The notes below the pieces were generated by a model. It was not told where the DNA came from, ran no database searches, and saw only the letters and a program-made list of their open reading frames with translations. Below, piece by piece: positions 31,641 to 41,264 of a stretch of DNA of 64,000 nt. How positions within the stretch are numbered: the first letter of the stretch is position 1; every line of letters begins with the position of its first letter. The DNA is from Candidatus Poribacteria bacterium. Its GTDB lineage: Bacteria > Poribacteria > WGA-4E > WGA-3G. Position numbers and translations under genes: made by a program. The DNA is taken from assembly GCA_965198235.1 (NCBI GenBank), contig OZ240248.1, forward strand, positions 992,001-1,056,000. Reading direction: 5' to 3'.

Positions 31641-34094
31641 TTATTTATCTGTTCCAGTTGAGTCCTTAATGATTTCATCCCAATCCCACAGGAGAATTGT
31701 GCCGTCCTGTCCTGCACTGACGAGTGTATTGCCGGCGGGTGAAAAACGCAACGTCTCCACTCCTCCCGTATGTCCATTGAGAATAATGATTTCGTTTCCC
31801 GTTGTTGTGTCCCATAACTGGATTCTGCCGTTTCTATCCCCGTTAACAAGCACGGTACTATCTGGGGAAAACACCACGGCTTTGGAACCTTGAAAGGCTT
31901 CCGTGCCGTCTTTACGATTGTTAATTGAAGAAGTCCCTTTTCCCCAATTCCCAGTTTCCATGTTCCAGAGACGAATCTGCTTCTGGCTTCCCGCGGCGAG
32001 TCGTTTGCCATTTGGAGAGAATGCCAACGTGAAGATAGGATCTTTATATGAGGTTCTCACCGTCATACCTCCATCTTTCACCTCATGTGTTGCACCGTCC
32101 GGATCCTGCTCTAAGAGAGAAGTGAGTTCGATCCCCATCTCCGCATCCCACATCTGAATCTGTCCTTCCATCGTTGCGCTGACAAGTCTTGTTCCATCTG
32201 GCGAGAACGCTAAGGCACTGATTTGTGGCATAGGGCGGAACCTCCTACCTGGTGGATTGCGAGGGAGGTTGGGACTATCGTTCTGATGTGAGCGTTGGAT
32301 ATCAAGATGACTATCTGTTTCTATATTCCATAAACGAATTTTATCGTGATTGCTAAAAGCTACCGTTTTTCCATCGGGTGAGAAAGTCAGATTTGAAGGA
32401 TTCATGCGATCCGTGAGCGTCATTATCTCGTTTCCCGTGCTCGCTTCTGTCAAACGAATTAACGGATCTGGTCGCCAAGAAGCAGTAACTCTAAAGATTA
32501 CGTTACCTTCTGCTCCAACGCCGGCAAGCTTTGTGCCGTCAGGCGAGAAGGCTAAAGTTGTGAACCAATCTCGGAGTCCCGCAACCTGACTATTGGATCT
32601 TTTTGATGTCTTCAGATCCCAGAATGTAATTATGCCGTTAAACGCCACACTGGCAAGCATAGAACCACCGTTAGAGAAAGCGACTGCTTTCATGCTCTCA
32701 GTGTGTCCAGTGATAGGCGTAGATAGCAGATCTCCATTTTCTGTGCTCCAAAATCGGACCTCGCCGTCTGCGCTCCCACTTGCGAGTATGGTGCCATCGG
32801 GCGAAAACGCCAAAGTAGTAATGCCGTTGAGATGCCCCGTAAGCGTGGCAATCGGATCCCCCATAGCGGTGTTCCATAACTGCACTGTCTTATCGGTACT
32901 TCCGCTGGCAAGTATTTCCCCGTCAGGAGAGAATGCTAACACGTTTGTCCAGCCTGTATGTTTTTGGAGAGTAGTCCATTCGTCTTCGTTTGTGGTATCC
33001 CAGAGTCGGACTGTTTTATCCTGACTTCCGCTGGCAAGATGTGTGCCATCGGGTGAAAATGCCAACGCTAAGACTTGATTTTTACGCCTGTGTGGTGGTG
33101 GAAATGCAGGTCTATCCGGGGCGGAATCTAACGGCTGAAGGGATAAATCTATATGTCCTCTGAGCGTCGATAACATTTTACCTGCTGATGTTTCATACAA
33201 CTGAATCTTCCCATCTCTATTTCCGACCGCAAATTTATCATGCGTGAGCGCGTAGACTTCAAGACCGCGGCTCCCAGCAACTTGTCGTTCTTGGAGATGT
33301 TTTATATTTCCTTGCCCGGTCTCAATATCCAACTGACTGATTGTGTCTCCCCAATTATTCAAACTGACAAGTGTTTTGCTGTCTGCTGAAAACCAAAGTG
33401 TTGAGGCAGGAGAGAGTCCATCAACGAGTGGTACCTTGCGACCAGTGGCTGTCTCCCACACCTGGGCTTTGGTTCCTCTATACCTTCCACCACCGTTGGC
33501 AAGGTAACGTCCATCGGGTGAGAATGCGAGAGATTGACACATTCCTGCGAACAGCGACAATTCTTTACCTGTCTCCACATCATAGATCCACACCCCGATA
33601 TTACTGCCTACTGCGAGTTGCGTTCCATCCGGCGAGAATTGAAGTGCATTGATTCCGCCCTTTCCCAGACGCGCTATCGCCTCTTTTGGTAGTTCCCATT
33701 TTGCATAATCTTCGACGGTTGCATCTGTTTGTGCCTCTACAAGATGGTTTCCAATACTTAGCATTAGCAAGATCGCTGCTATTGTGAAGGTAGCAATTGC
33801 CCATGGCATGATTGGTTGGTTTCCATTAGCAGATGCAATGGGTTTGATACGCGCGATCTCTCGCATGACGTTCTTCGCGAGATTCGATGTGATTTTGAAG
33901 TTATCTAAAGCCTCTCTTATCATCGGTTCCTCCTTCTTTAAACGCTGTTGTGCTCGGCGAAGTCGATTTTTGATTGTATTTGCTAGTAAAACGTTCTTGT
34001 CGGAGGTGGCGCTTATAGGAAATAGTTCATCATCCGACTGGACTTCTATTTCTTTTAGTCTTTTCGCAGAAGTGTAGGAGACGTGAGGTCCCAT
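31641..34094 (-). CDS. Membrane-anchored WD40-repeat protein with residual ECF sigma region-4 fragment
   Basis: Many LAFSPDG..LASGS.D..V.LW repeats; N-terminal NTIKNRLRRAQQRLKKEE and a TM helix; true start may be ATG 33923. Confidence 0.85.
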   Translation of the reverse strand: MGPHVSYTSAKRLKEIEVQSDDELFPISATSDKNVLLANTIKNRLRRAQQRLKKEEPMIREALDNFKITSNLAKNVMREIARIKPIASANGNQPIMPWAIATFTIAAILLMLSIGNHLVEAQTDATVEDYAKWELPKEAIARLGKGGINALQFSPDGTQLAVGSNIGVWIYDVETGKELSLFAGMCQSLAFSPDGRYLANGGGRYRGTKAQVWETATGRKVPLVDGLSPASTLWFSADSKTLVSLNNWGDTISQLDIETGQGNIKHLQERQVAGSRGLEVYALTHDKFAVGNRDGKIQLYETSAGKMLSTLRGHIDLSLQPLDSAPDRPAFPPPHRRKNQVLALAFSPDGTHLASGSQDKTVRLWDTTNEDEWTTLQKHTGWTNVLAFSPDGEILASGSTDKTVQLWNTAMGDPIATLTGHLNGITTLAFSPDGTILASGSADGEVRFWSTENGDLLSTPITGHTESMKAVAFSNGGSMLASVAFNGIITFWDLKTSKRSNSQVAGLRDWFTTLAFSPDGTKLAGVGAEGNVIFRVTASWRPDPLIRLTEASTGNEIMTLTDRMNPSNLTFSPDGKTVAFSNHDKIRLWNIETDSHLDIQRSHQNDSPNLPRNPPGRRFRPMPQISALAFSPDGTRLVSATMEGQIQMWDAEMGIELTSLLEQDPDGATHEVKDGGMTVRTSYKDPIFTLAFSPNGKRLAAGSQKQIRLWNMETGNWGKGTSSINNRKDGTEAFQGSKAVVFSPDSTVLVNGDRNGRIQLWDTTTGNEIIILNGHTGGVETLRFSPAGNTLVSAGQDGTILLWDWDEIIKDSTGTDK

Positions 34095-35293
34095 AAACGG
34101 ATTGTGCTATCTTCACTGCCACTTGCAAGTGTTATCCCATCTGGACTGAAGGCAACGCTCTTGACGGGTGCTGTGTGCCCTGTAAGGATCGCACGTTGTT
34201 CACCTGTTGCAGCATTCCAGAGACGGATTGTCTTGTCCGCGCTCCCACTTGCGAGTGTTAATCCATCCGGACTGAAAGCGACACTCCAAACTACAGACGT
34301 ATGTCCAATAAGAATTTTCAGTTGCTGTCCTGTGGTAATATCCCAGAGGCGAACAGTTTTGTCCCAACTTCCGCTTGCGAGCGTTACACCATCCGGACTG
34401 AAAGCGACGCTGAAGACCCAATTCGTATGCCCCGTGAGAGTCTTCTGTTTCTCACCGGTGGTAATATCCCACAAGCAGATGGTGTTGCCGCTATTCCCAC
34501 TTGCTAATGTTTTTCTGTCACTACTGAAAGCAACACTAAAGATATTCTCCGTATCCTCTGTAAGTGTCCTTAGTTTCCTACCCGACTCTACGTCCCGCAG
34601 GTAGAGATTGCCGTCTTCACTTCCACTTGCGATTATCTTGCTATCAACACTGAAAGCGACAGTATTGACCCAATGCAAAGGGTTAGCCGCATCTTCTCTT
34701 ATTGATCTAAGTTTCTTACCGGTGGCAGCATCCCAAAGGCAGATGGTCCCTCGCTCGTGAATCCCGCCGGCGATCATCCGACCATCGGGACTGAACGCGA
34801 TGCTGTTAATATCCGCCGTGAAATGCCCAGCAATATCTACCCAGAATAGTTTCTTCGTTTCTATTTCCTGTCCTGTGGTAGCATCCCAAAGTTGGATGGT
34901 GTTATCCCTGTCACTTGCGAGTGTTGAACCGTCGGGACTGCACGCGACACTGTAGACTCCCCTCCTGTTAGGAACTTCAATGGTGATGTGGGACAAATCT
35001 TGAGCGGAAGTTGTTTTCACAGTAGACTTCTCCTGTTGGGGTGAATTTTCAGGTTTCTCGGATTTCAGAACTCTTTTCGAGTTATCGGGTGTGTTGGGGG
35101 TTCCGAGTTGCGTCCGCACATCCGGCTTTGACGCAAGGTTCAACATAATAGGGGCACCAATGAGTTCAATCGTCATTTCCGAAGTCGCATCGAAACTGTA
35201 AGGCTTCTGAACACGGGTTAGGTATTGCTGGTTACCGATGCCTAACATCAAAAACGCTATAGTCACCGTAGAAACGACGATTATCCACGGCAC
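34055..35293 (-). CDS. WD40-repeat protein with N-terminal TM anchor (probably a headless sigma fusion)
   Basis: GHT..V.SVAFSPDG.TLASGS.D.T..LWD repeats; begins at a PW-TM-GIGN segment similar to that of the adjacent gene. Confidence 0.85.
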   Translation of the reverse strand: MPWIIVVSTVTIAFLMLGIGNQQYLTRVQKPYSFDATSEMTIELIGAPIMLNLASKPDVRTQLGTPNTPDNSKRVLKSEKPENSPQQEKSTVKTTSAQDLSHITIEVPNRRGVYSVACSPDGSTLASDRDNTIQLWDATTGQEIETKKLFWVDIAGHFTADINSIAFSPDGRMIAGGIHERGTICLWDAATGKKLRSIREDAANPLHWVNTVAFSVDSKIIASGSEDGNLYLRDVESGRKLRTLTEDTENIFSVAFSSDRKTLASGNSGNTICLWDITTGEKQKTLTGHTNWVFSVAFSPDGVTLASGSWDKTVRLWDITTGQQLKILIGHTSVVWSVAFSPDGLTLASGSADKTIRLWNAATGEQRAILTGHTAPVKSVAFSPDGITLASGSEDSTIRLWDLTSPTLLRKD

Positions 35294-35328
35294 TGATGGC
35301 TGATCGCTGACAGCTGAAGGCTATTAGA

Positions 35329-36534
35329 TCATGGACACACGAACTTCCCCAGAACTTTCCGAATGGATGCCCCTGTTGCGGAAGGCAGATTCCCACCCTG
35401 TCCGTGAAGGGACTCATTTGCGAGAATAGCAAATGCTATCGCCTCTTTGGCATCCGCCGAGATACCAGAGTTATCCACAGGTTCAACGGTTGTACGTGCT
35501 AACACTTCGCTGAGTCGTCGCATGACAGTCTGGTTGTGTACCCCACCACCGCTCACATAGAGTGTGTCTATCGGGCTCAGTTCTGACACAAATTGTGAGA
35601 TGTAAAGGGCAACCGTCTGGACTGTCAATTCGGTCAGAGTTGCAATAGAGTCATTATCCGAGAGACTGTGTTCTCGGCATGCCGCCAAACATTCCATTGC
35701 AAAGGTGTGTCCGAATATCTCGCGCCCAGTCGTCTTCGGTGGTGTCAGTTGAAAAAAAGGGTGCTTTAACCATTCGTCAATGAGAGGTTGGTACGGAGTA
35801 CCCTGCGTGGCACGCTGCCCCGCTTTGTCATACCGCTCTCTTCCATCTGTTATCTCGCTCATGACTGCATCAATACACATATTTCCCGGTCCTGTGTCTG
35901 CTGCGGAAACCGAATCGAACGATCCGTTTGCGGGGAGCACTGTAAGGTTCGCGATCCCTCCGATGTTCAGAAGTCCCACTGTTTTAACACTGTCCTGGAA
36001 CAGCAAATAGTCTGGATATGCTACCAACGGTGCCCCTTGCCCGCCTGCTGCCATATCTGCTACCCGAAAGTCAGCGATAGTGGGGATACCGGTTTCGTGT
36101 GCGATGACCGCAGGTTCGCCAATTTGAAGTGTTGACGGCTTTTTAATTGTGTTTGCGTTACAATCGGTGCTTGGGTCTCTGGGTAAGTGGTGAATCGTTT
36201 GACCGTGTGAACCGATGAGGTCAATGTCGCTGGTAGACATTCCACTTTTTTGTAGAATATGTTTAACAGCGTCCGCGAAGAGATGTCCGATATAAAAATT
36301 CATTTCACAAATGTCGTCAACGCGGCTCGTATCGGGTTGGCAGAGAGCGAGGATGCGTTGTGGCACATCGGGTGGAAAGGGAAAGGTCTCAAAGGCGATC
36401 AGGTCTACTGTCGTTTCCAAACTGTGTCCCGTAATTTCAACGACGGCTGCATCAATACCATCGACAGAGGTGCCAGACATCAAACCGATAACATACTTCT
36501 TCTTTTTTTTGAGGATCTCAAAAAATTCTATCAT
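35329..36534 (-). CDS. anmK: Anhydro-N-acetylmuramic acid kinase
   Basis: IGLMSGTSVDGID, IGSHGQT, GGQGAPL, NIGGIAN, DTGPGN and KEAIAFA. Confidence 0.96.
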   Translation of the reverse strand: MIEFFEILKKKKKYVIGLMSGTSVDGIDAAVVEITGHSLETTVDLIAFETFPFPPDVPQRILALCQPDTSRVDDICEMNFYIGHLFADAVKHILQKSGMSTSDIDLIGSHGQTIHHLPRDPSTDCNANTIKKPSTLQIGEPAVIAHETGIPTIADFRVADMAAGGQGAPLVAYPDYLLFQDSVKTVGLLNIGGIANLTVLPANGSFDSVSAADTGPGNMCIDAVMSEITDGRERYDKAGQRATQGTPYQPLIDEWLKHPFFQLTPPKTTGREIFGHTFAMECLAACREHSLSDNDSIATLTELTVQTVALYISQFVSELSPIDTLYVSGGGVHNQTVMRRLSEVLARTTVEPVDNSGISADAKEAIAFAILANESLHGQGGNLPSATGASIRKVLGKFVCP

Positions 36535-36581
36535 CTTTAGTATCTTTCAATTGTCCATTTTTACGACTGAATATCGATATT

Positions 36582-37832
36582 CTAATCGTAGGCGTGATAC
36601 TGTGTTGTATTTTCACACCATATCTGAAGTTCATCAGTCCACCGTGCCTGAATCTTGTCCAATGACTCTCTATCCGACAGCGCGTCTCGGAGCCAGTTGT
36701 TTCCTGCTAACCGATCAAAGTGCGCGGGTCGGAACTCAAAATGGTCGCTGTATTCGGTGGTTAAAGTGGATAACATGTGGATAACCGTTTCTACCGGAAG
36801 GAACCGTTCTCTATCGGTAATGTGAATTGCAACACCACCACATGTCTGTTTCGCGTGCTTTGTGTTTTCAGCGGCTGGAGCAGGCGTAAAAACGACTGGA
36901 CGGAACAGAACACCGGGTAGACACAATGCGTTTAGTGTCTCAGCCCACTTTTCACCATTGCACCAAGGCGCGCCGATGTATTCAAAAGGCTTCGTCGTTC
37001 CTCTGCCCTCACTCATATTTGTTCCTTCGAACAAACATAAGCCCGGATAGAGGACTGCCGTTGTGAGCGTCGGCATATTGGGCGATGGTGGCACCCACTG
37101 CAAGCCGGTGTCATCGTACCACATTCTACGTTCGTATCCGTGCATCCATGCAACCTTTAGACGGCACGATGGCACACGTTCCGCCTTCAACAGTGTTGCC
37201 AATTCACCGATTGTCAATCCGTAACGGATGGGCACCGTATGTATACCGACGAACGATTCGCACCCACGCGCTAATATCGGTCCCTCCACGACATTGCACG
37301 TAATCGGATTCGGACGGTCTGCGACGACGAACTCGATGCCATGGTCGCTGGCTGCTTCCATTGCATGCAGCAACGTCGAAATATAGGTATAGTAACGCGC
37401 ACCGACATCCTGCATATCGTAGACGAGCAGATCAATACCTTCAAGTTGATTCACAGTTGGACGGATTGATTGTCCGTATAGACTATAGACTGGGACACCT
37501 GCGAGGTGGGGCTGCGATAGGTTTTCATCCGATTGACTATCAACGCGACTCCAAACACTTCTCGGAAGGCACGCGTTGATAGTCAAATCAAGGTTGTTGA
37601 CAACGATACCATCTTGAACCGCTCCCCAGAATCCATGCTCTGGAGAAAAGATTGCAGAAAGTCGACACTCTGACATCTCCGCGAAAAGTCGGTAATTACT
37701 CCGTAAGGTGGCATCAACTCCCGTGTGGTTTGTAATCAGACCAATTGACTTCCCTCGAATCCAGTCGCTTTTCTCTGTGAGGAGAACATTCAACCCTAAT
37801 TCAATTTTTTGCTGTTGTGCTGTGGAAAACAT
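36582..37832 (-). CDS. namZ: Exo-beta-N-acetylmuramidase (DUF1343)
   Basis: GLITNHTG, SPEHG, YSLYG, DMQDVGARYYTY, DRPNP, PSPNMP and SEGRGTTKPFE. Confidence 0.92.
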   Translation of the reverse strand: MFSTAQQQKIELGLNVLLTEKSDWIRGKSIGLITNHTGVDATLRSNYRLFAEMSECRLSAIFSPEHGFWGAVQDGIVVNNLDLTINACLPRSVWSRVDSQSDENLSQPHLAGVPVYSLYGQSIRPTVNQLEGIDLLVYDMQDVGARYYTYISTLLHAMEAASDHGIEFVVADRPNPITCNVVEGPILARGCESFVGIHTVPIRYGLTIGELATLLKAERVPSCRLKVAWMHGYERRMWYDDTGLQWVPPSPNMPTLTTAVLYPGLCLFEGTNMSEGRGTTKPFEYIGAPWCNGEKWAETLNALCLPGVLFRPVVFTPAPAAENTKHAKQTCGGVAIHITDRERFLPVETVIHMLSTLTTEYSDHFEFRPAHFDRLAGNNWLRDALSDRESLDKIQARWTDELQIWCENTTQYHAYD

Positions 37833-38041
37833 TTTTTAAATTTTTTAACTATGGGCTCTTGAGCTGTGCTCCATTACATTCCGCACAGGTTTTCGGTTAA
37901 CTCGAGAGCCTGCTTTAGGTGCGGAGAGGTTCCTGACTTTACCAGAAATCATCGTGGAATGAAATTAGGTTTCCTTAAATGGCATAATTTGTCTTTGCTT
38001 TACATTTGGAACGATGCCCAAGAGCAAATAGTTAAAAATTC

Positions 38042-39091
38042 TCACTGCGAATTAATCTCTGTAGAGAACAAAACATTGTGAAAGATTTTTCGGAATTCGA
38101 TAATGCCACGCCGATCGGCATCGGGATGCACCCGATTTGTCAATAGGATTGCTGCAAGTTTCCTTTTTAAACAGATTCGTATTGAAGTGCCAGTGAACCC
38201 TGTGTGGTAGAGACAGCCGTCGTCTGTCACAGCCCAACCGATGCCCCGGCGTTCTCCTTCCGCTGAAGCGACTTGTTGCATCGTACAGAGACTCTCCGGA
38301 CGTAACAGCTCCCCACCATTGTCCATTAGCGTTTTGCAGAACTTACCGAGATCCGTTGCTGTAGAGAAAAGTCCGGCATTGCCGGAAACGCCGCCGAGGA
38401 AATGCGCGTTCTCATCGTGGACCTGCCCGATGATTACACCTTCTCGCCAATCGTAGCGTTCGTAGTTCACCATTCGGCGTTCAAAACTGTTGGAATCCTC
38501 GGTGGCTGCACAGTGCTCATGCCATGCTTGTGGCGGGTTGAACCGCGTCCATTCCATACCGAGAGGCATGAAAATCCGATCTTGTGCCAATTTTCCCAAC
38601 GGTTGTCCCGTTACTCTTTCGAGGAGTGCTCCTAACACGATATACCCTAAACAACTATACACTGCTTTCTTCCCCGGTTGAGATTCCAGTGGCACCCCTC
38701 CGAGATAGGAGATTACATCTTCACGTGATGGTGCACGCAGATAGACAGGTAACCATGCGGGGAGTCCGGAGGTATGTGTCAGCAGGTGTTTAAGCGTCAC
38801 CCCTGTCTGTCTGAACTCCGGTAGGTATTTCTCTGCTGGGGTGTCCAAAGAGAGTTTGCCTCTCTCAATGAACTGCATGCATAACGTTCCTATGACAATC
38901 GGTTTCGTCAGTGATGCTAAATCGAATAACGTCGTGCGAAGCATAGGTAGCTTTTTCGGTTTCACACATCGATAACCAAATGCTTCATGGTAAAGCACCT
39001 TTTTATCAGTAAGGATATAGGCGACGGCACCGGGAAACACCTTTTCGGGGATGCTGTTCTCAATAAGGGTTGAAATTGTATTTTTTAACAA
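38042..39091 (-). CDS. Serine hydrolase, beta-lactamase family (AmiE/YbbE-like)
   Basis: FDLASLTK (SxxK), LLTHTSGL, YSC, VHDENA and HTGFTG; clustered with namZ and anmK. Confidence 0.88.
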   Translation of the reverse strand: MLKNTISTLIENSIPEKVFPGAVAYILTDKKVLYHEAFGYRCVKPKKLPMLRTTLFDLASLTKPIVIGTLCMQFIERGKLSLDTPAEKYLPEFRQTGVTLKHLLTHTSGLPAWLPVYLRAPSREDVISYLGGVPLESQPGKKAVYSCLGYIVLGALLERVTGQPLGKLAQDRIFMPLGMEWTRFNPPQAWHEHCAATEDSNSFERRMVNYERYDWREGVIIGQVHDENAHFLGGVSGNAGLFSTATDLGKFCKTLMDNGGELLRPESLCTMQQVASAEGERRGIGWAVTDDGCLYHTGFTGTSIRICLKRKLAAILLTNRVHPDADRRGIIEFRKIFHNVLFSTEINSQ

Positions 39092-39214
39092 TTAGGTTTC
39101 CTAACAGGTTGACCTTAAGTCCAATCCGGTTTTCCGTTAAGGTCAAGGATTTGGTCTTGGCGGATAAATCTGATAAGCGATTAAAATCAGGGGAACGTAT
39201 GTGCCTCTTTTGAG

Positions 39215-39243
39215 TTGACTATAGACTAACTATATGATACACT
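39215..39243 (+). promoter_or_regulatory. Sigma70 promoter for the cupin-pgi region
   Basis: TTGACT-N17-TACACT with extended -10 TG. Confidence 0.55.
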
Positions 39244-39370
39244 ATCTATCGTGTTTTTGTAAGCATTTTTTGACCTGCAGGTAGGTTTTTAAACGATTGG
39301 CAACCTGGGCATCGTTCCACTTCGTTTCACGATGGTTCTTGATCTGTCCCGCAATTCGGAGAGTTGAGTC

Positions 39371-39736
39371 ATGCCTTTATGTCCGAAAGAACTTCAAGAA
39401 ATAATGACAACTGAAAAACCTTGGGGTCGTTTCATACAATACGTCCTCAATCAACCTGTTACCGTCAAAATTTTAGAGATTCGGGCAGGCGAGCAGGTGA
39501 GTTATCAGTATCACCACCACCGAAGTGAGTTGTGGATTCCACTTGATGAGGGTGCCTGTATAAATCTTGATGGCACGATTCAACGTCCCGCACCCATGGA
39601 ACCTGTATTTATTCCACAAGGTGCTAAACATCAGCTCATCGGGGAATCTAAAGACTATCGAATACTCGAAATTGCGTTTGGTCATTTTGACGAAGAAGAT
39701 ATCGTTCGTCTTTCTGACAAGTATGGCAGGATTTAG
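39371..39736 (+). CDS. Mannose-6-phosphate isomerase type II C-terminal cupin protein
   Basis: KPWG, SYQYHHHRSELW and EEDIVRLSDKYGR. Confidence 0.88.
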   Translation: MPLCPKELQEIMTTEKPWGRFIQYVLNQPVTVKILEIRAGEQVSYQYHHHRSELWIPLDEGACINLDGTIQRPAPMEPVFIPQGAKHQLIGESKDYRILEIAFGHFDEEDIVRLSDKYGRI

Positions 39737-41183
39737 TGAAGAGGAAATCTTGTTGGACAGTAAGTTACGTTTTTTAATTGACGATGGGGCAGCGGGTTCG
39801 TTCCCACAGGCAGTGCAACAGAAAATTGATACCGCTTTGCCAAGGATTCACCTTCTATTTCAGGATGAAACAGAAGCACCGCTTGCCAAGTTGGAGAGTG
39901 GGCTTCGTGCGTGGACCCGCAGCCATCTCCAGACCGAGGATATTGCCCAAGTCGCGGCGTTAGCCACACGCGCACGTGAAGCGTTTTCGGTGTTGGTCAC
40001 CATTGGTGTAGGTGGTTCCGATCTGAGTGCCCGCGTCTTTCACGATTTCTTCAACCATCCCTATCATAACTTGCTGTCGGTTGAAGAACGCGGCGGTGCT
40101 CCCGAAGTCTATTTCACAGGCGATACCTTCGATCCACGCAAGCTTACCGGCTTACTTGAAATGCTCAAAGCGAGGAACCTCCTTGATAAGACGCTTTTCA
40201 ACGTTATTAGTAAATCCGGAACAACAACCGAAACTATGGCGACGTTGATGATTATCCGTGATGCGCTTGATGATGTAAACTGGCGGCAACAGGTCCTCGC
40301 CACTACCGGCTTAACCCCCGACAGTGTGCTCTTCCGAATGCATGAGCAATCACCTTTCTACGGGAATACACTGCTTCCTGTTCCTGATGGGGTTGGTGGA
40401 CGATTTTCAGCTTTCTCTCCAGTCGGGTTGTTCTTTCTTGCTATGACAGCAGGAAAGGACGAAACGCCCGATACCCGAATTCGTGCCGCTGTCGAGGGTG
40501 TGAATCAGGCTCACGAAGGCTTTAATCTCGCTTATAATCATCAGGATAACATTGCCTATCGATTGGCGCGATGGATTCATCTCTCTGAAGAAGTTAACGG
40601 AACCAAACACCCAAGTAGAAACACTATTGTTTTTTATAACTACGCTGACAGTAGTTGCCTCGGTGAATGGTTCGTCCAACTTTATACAGAATCTATTCAG
40701 GAGCGCGGCGGTGGTGCTAATGTCATAAATGCGAAGGGACCCACGAGCAATCATTCTATTCTCAACGGTATTATCGCCGGTCCCAGAGATAAAGTCGTTT
40801 TATTTATTCATTGGGAGGGACTTGGTCCCGATTTAGTACTGCCGAAAAAGACTGGAATGGATAGCAAATTAACCGAGTTTGAAGGTTTATCCATGACGCA
40901 CATGCAGACTGCTTCGTATCGTGGGACTGCTTTAGATTTTAGTGAGAACGGTGTCCCCAATGCAACGCTAACCCTTCCGAAGCGGGATATTCAGTCTGTT
41001 TGCCAGTTGATGCGTCTCTTAATGGACACTATTGCCGTAAAAGGCAGGCTCCAGGGGTTACATCTTGACAATAATGGCGGGAGTGAGTTAACATACCTGC
41101 AAGATGGTGTTGAAGGCTATAAACGGAATTTTAAACGGTTGGCCTCTGCTCCTTGCTCCACTACGTTTCGCAAGGGCACTTGA
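39723..41183 (+). CDS. pgi: Glucose-6-phosphate isomerase
   Basis: IGVGGSDL, VISKSGTTTET, VGGRFS and Q.GVEGYK; last codons come from a repeat element; start approximate. Confidence 0.85.
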   Translation: MAGFSEEEILLDSKLRFLIDDGAAGSFPQAVQQKIDTALPRIHLLFQDETEAPLAKLESGLRAWTRSHLQTEDIAQVAALATRAREAFSVLVTIGVGGSDLSARVFHDFFNHPYHNLLSVEERGGAPEVYFTGDTFDPRKLTGLLEMLKARNLLDKTLFNVISKSGTTTETMATLMIIRDALDDVNWRQQVLATTGLTPDSVLFRMHEQSPFYGNTLLPVPDGVGGRFSAFSPVGLFFLAMTAGKDETPDTRIRAAVEGVNQAHEGFNLAYNHQDNIAYRLARWIHLSEEVNGTKHPSRNTIVFYNYADSSCLGEWFVQLYTESIQERGGGANVINAKGPTSNHSILNGIIAGPRDKVVLFIHWEGLGPDLVLPKKTGMDSKLTEFEGLSMTHMQTASYRGTALDFSENGVPNATLTLPKRDIQSVCQLMRLLMDTIAVKGRLQGLHLDNNGGSELTYLQDGVEGYKRNFKRLASAPCSTTFRKGT

Positions 41184-41264
41184 CGCGCATCAGAAACCCT
41201 CGTGAAACGAAGTGGAACGAGGCGCGAAGGTTGAACATTAGAAATTTTGCAAGTTGTGCGAAAA

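Noticed and set aside
31430-32011. 193-aa alternative-frame ORF and the many antisense ORFs over WD40, gyrase and C25 genes
   Set aside because: Shadow frames of well-supported genes with no recognisable motifs
35471-36784. Perfect DnaA boxes at 35471 and 36776 as a datA-like site
   Set aside because: Isolated, inside anmK and namZ coding sequence, and compatible with chance
39567-39722. Long N-terminal extension of pgi (also the ORF-track extensions of rpmH, cytochrome b and the 20677 lipoprotein)
   Set aside because: They overlap upstream genes or repeat elements; downstream starts fit homology or RBS better
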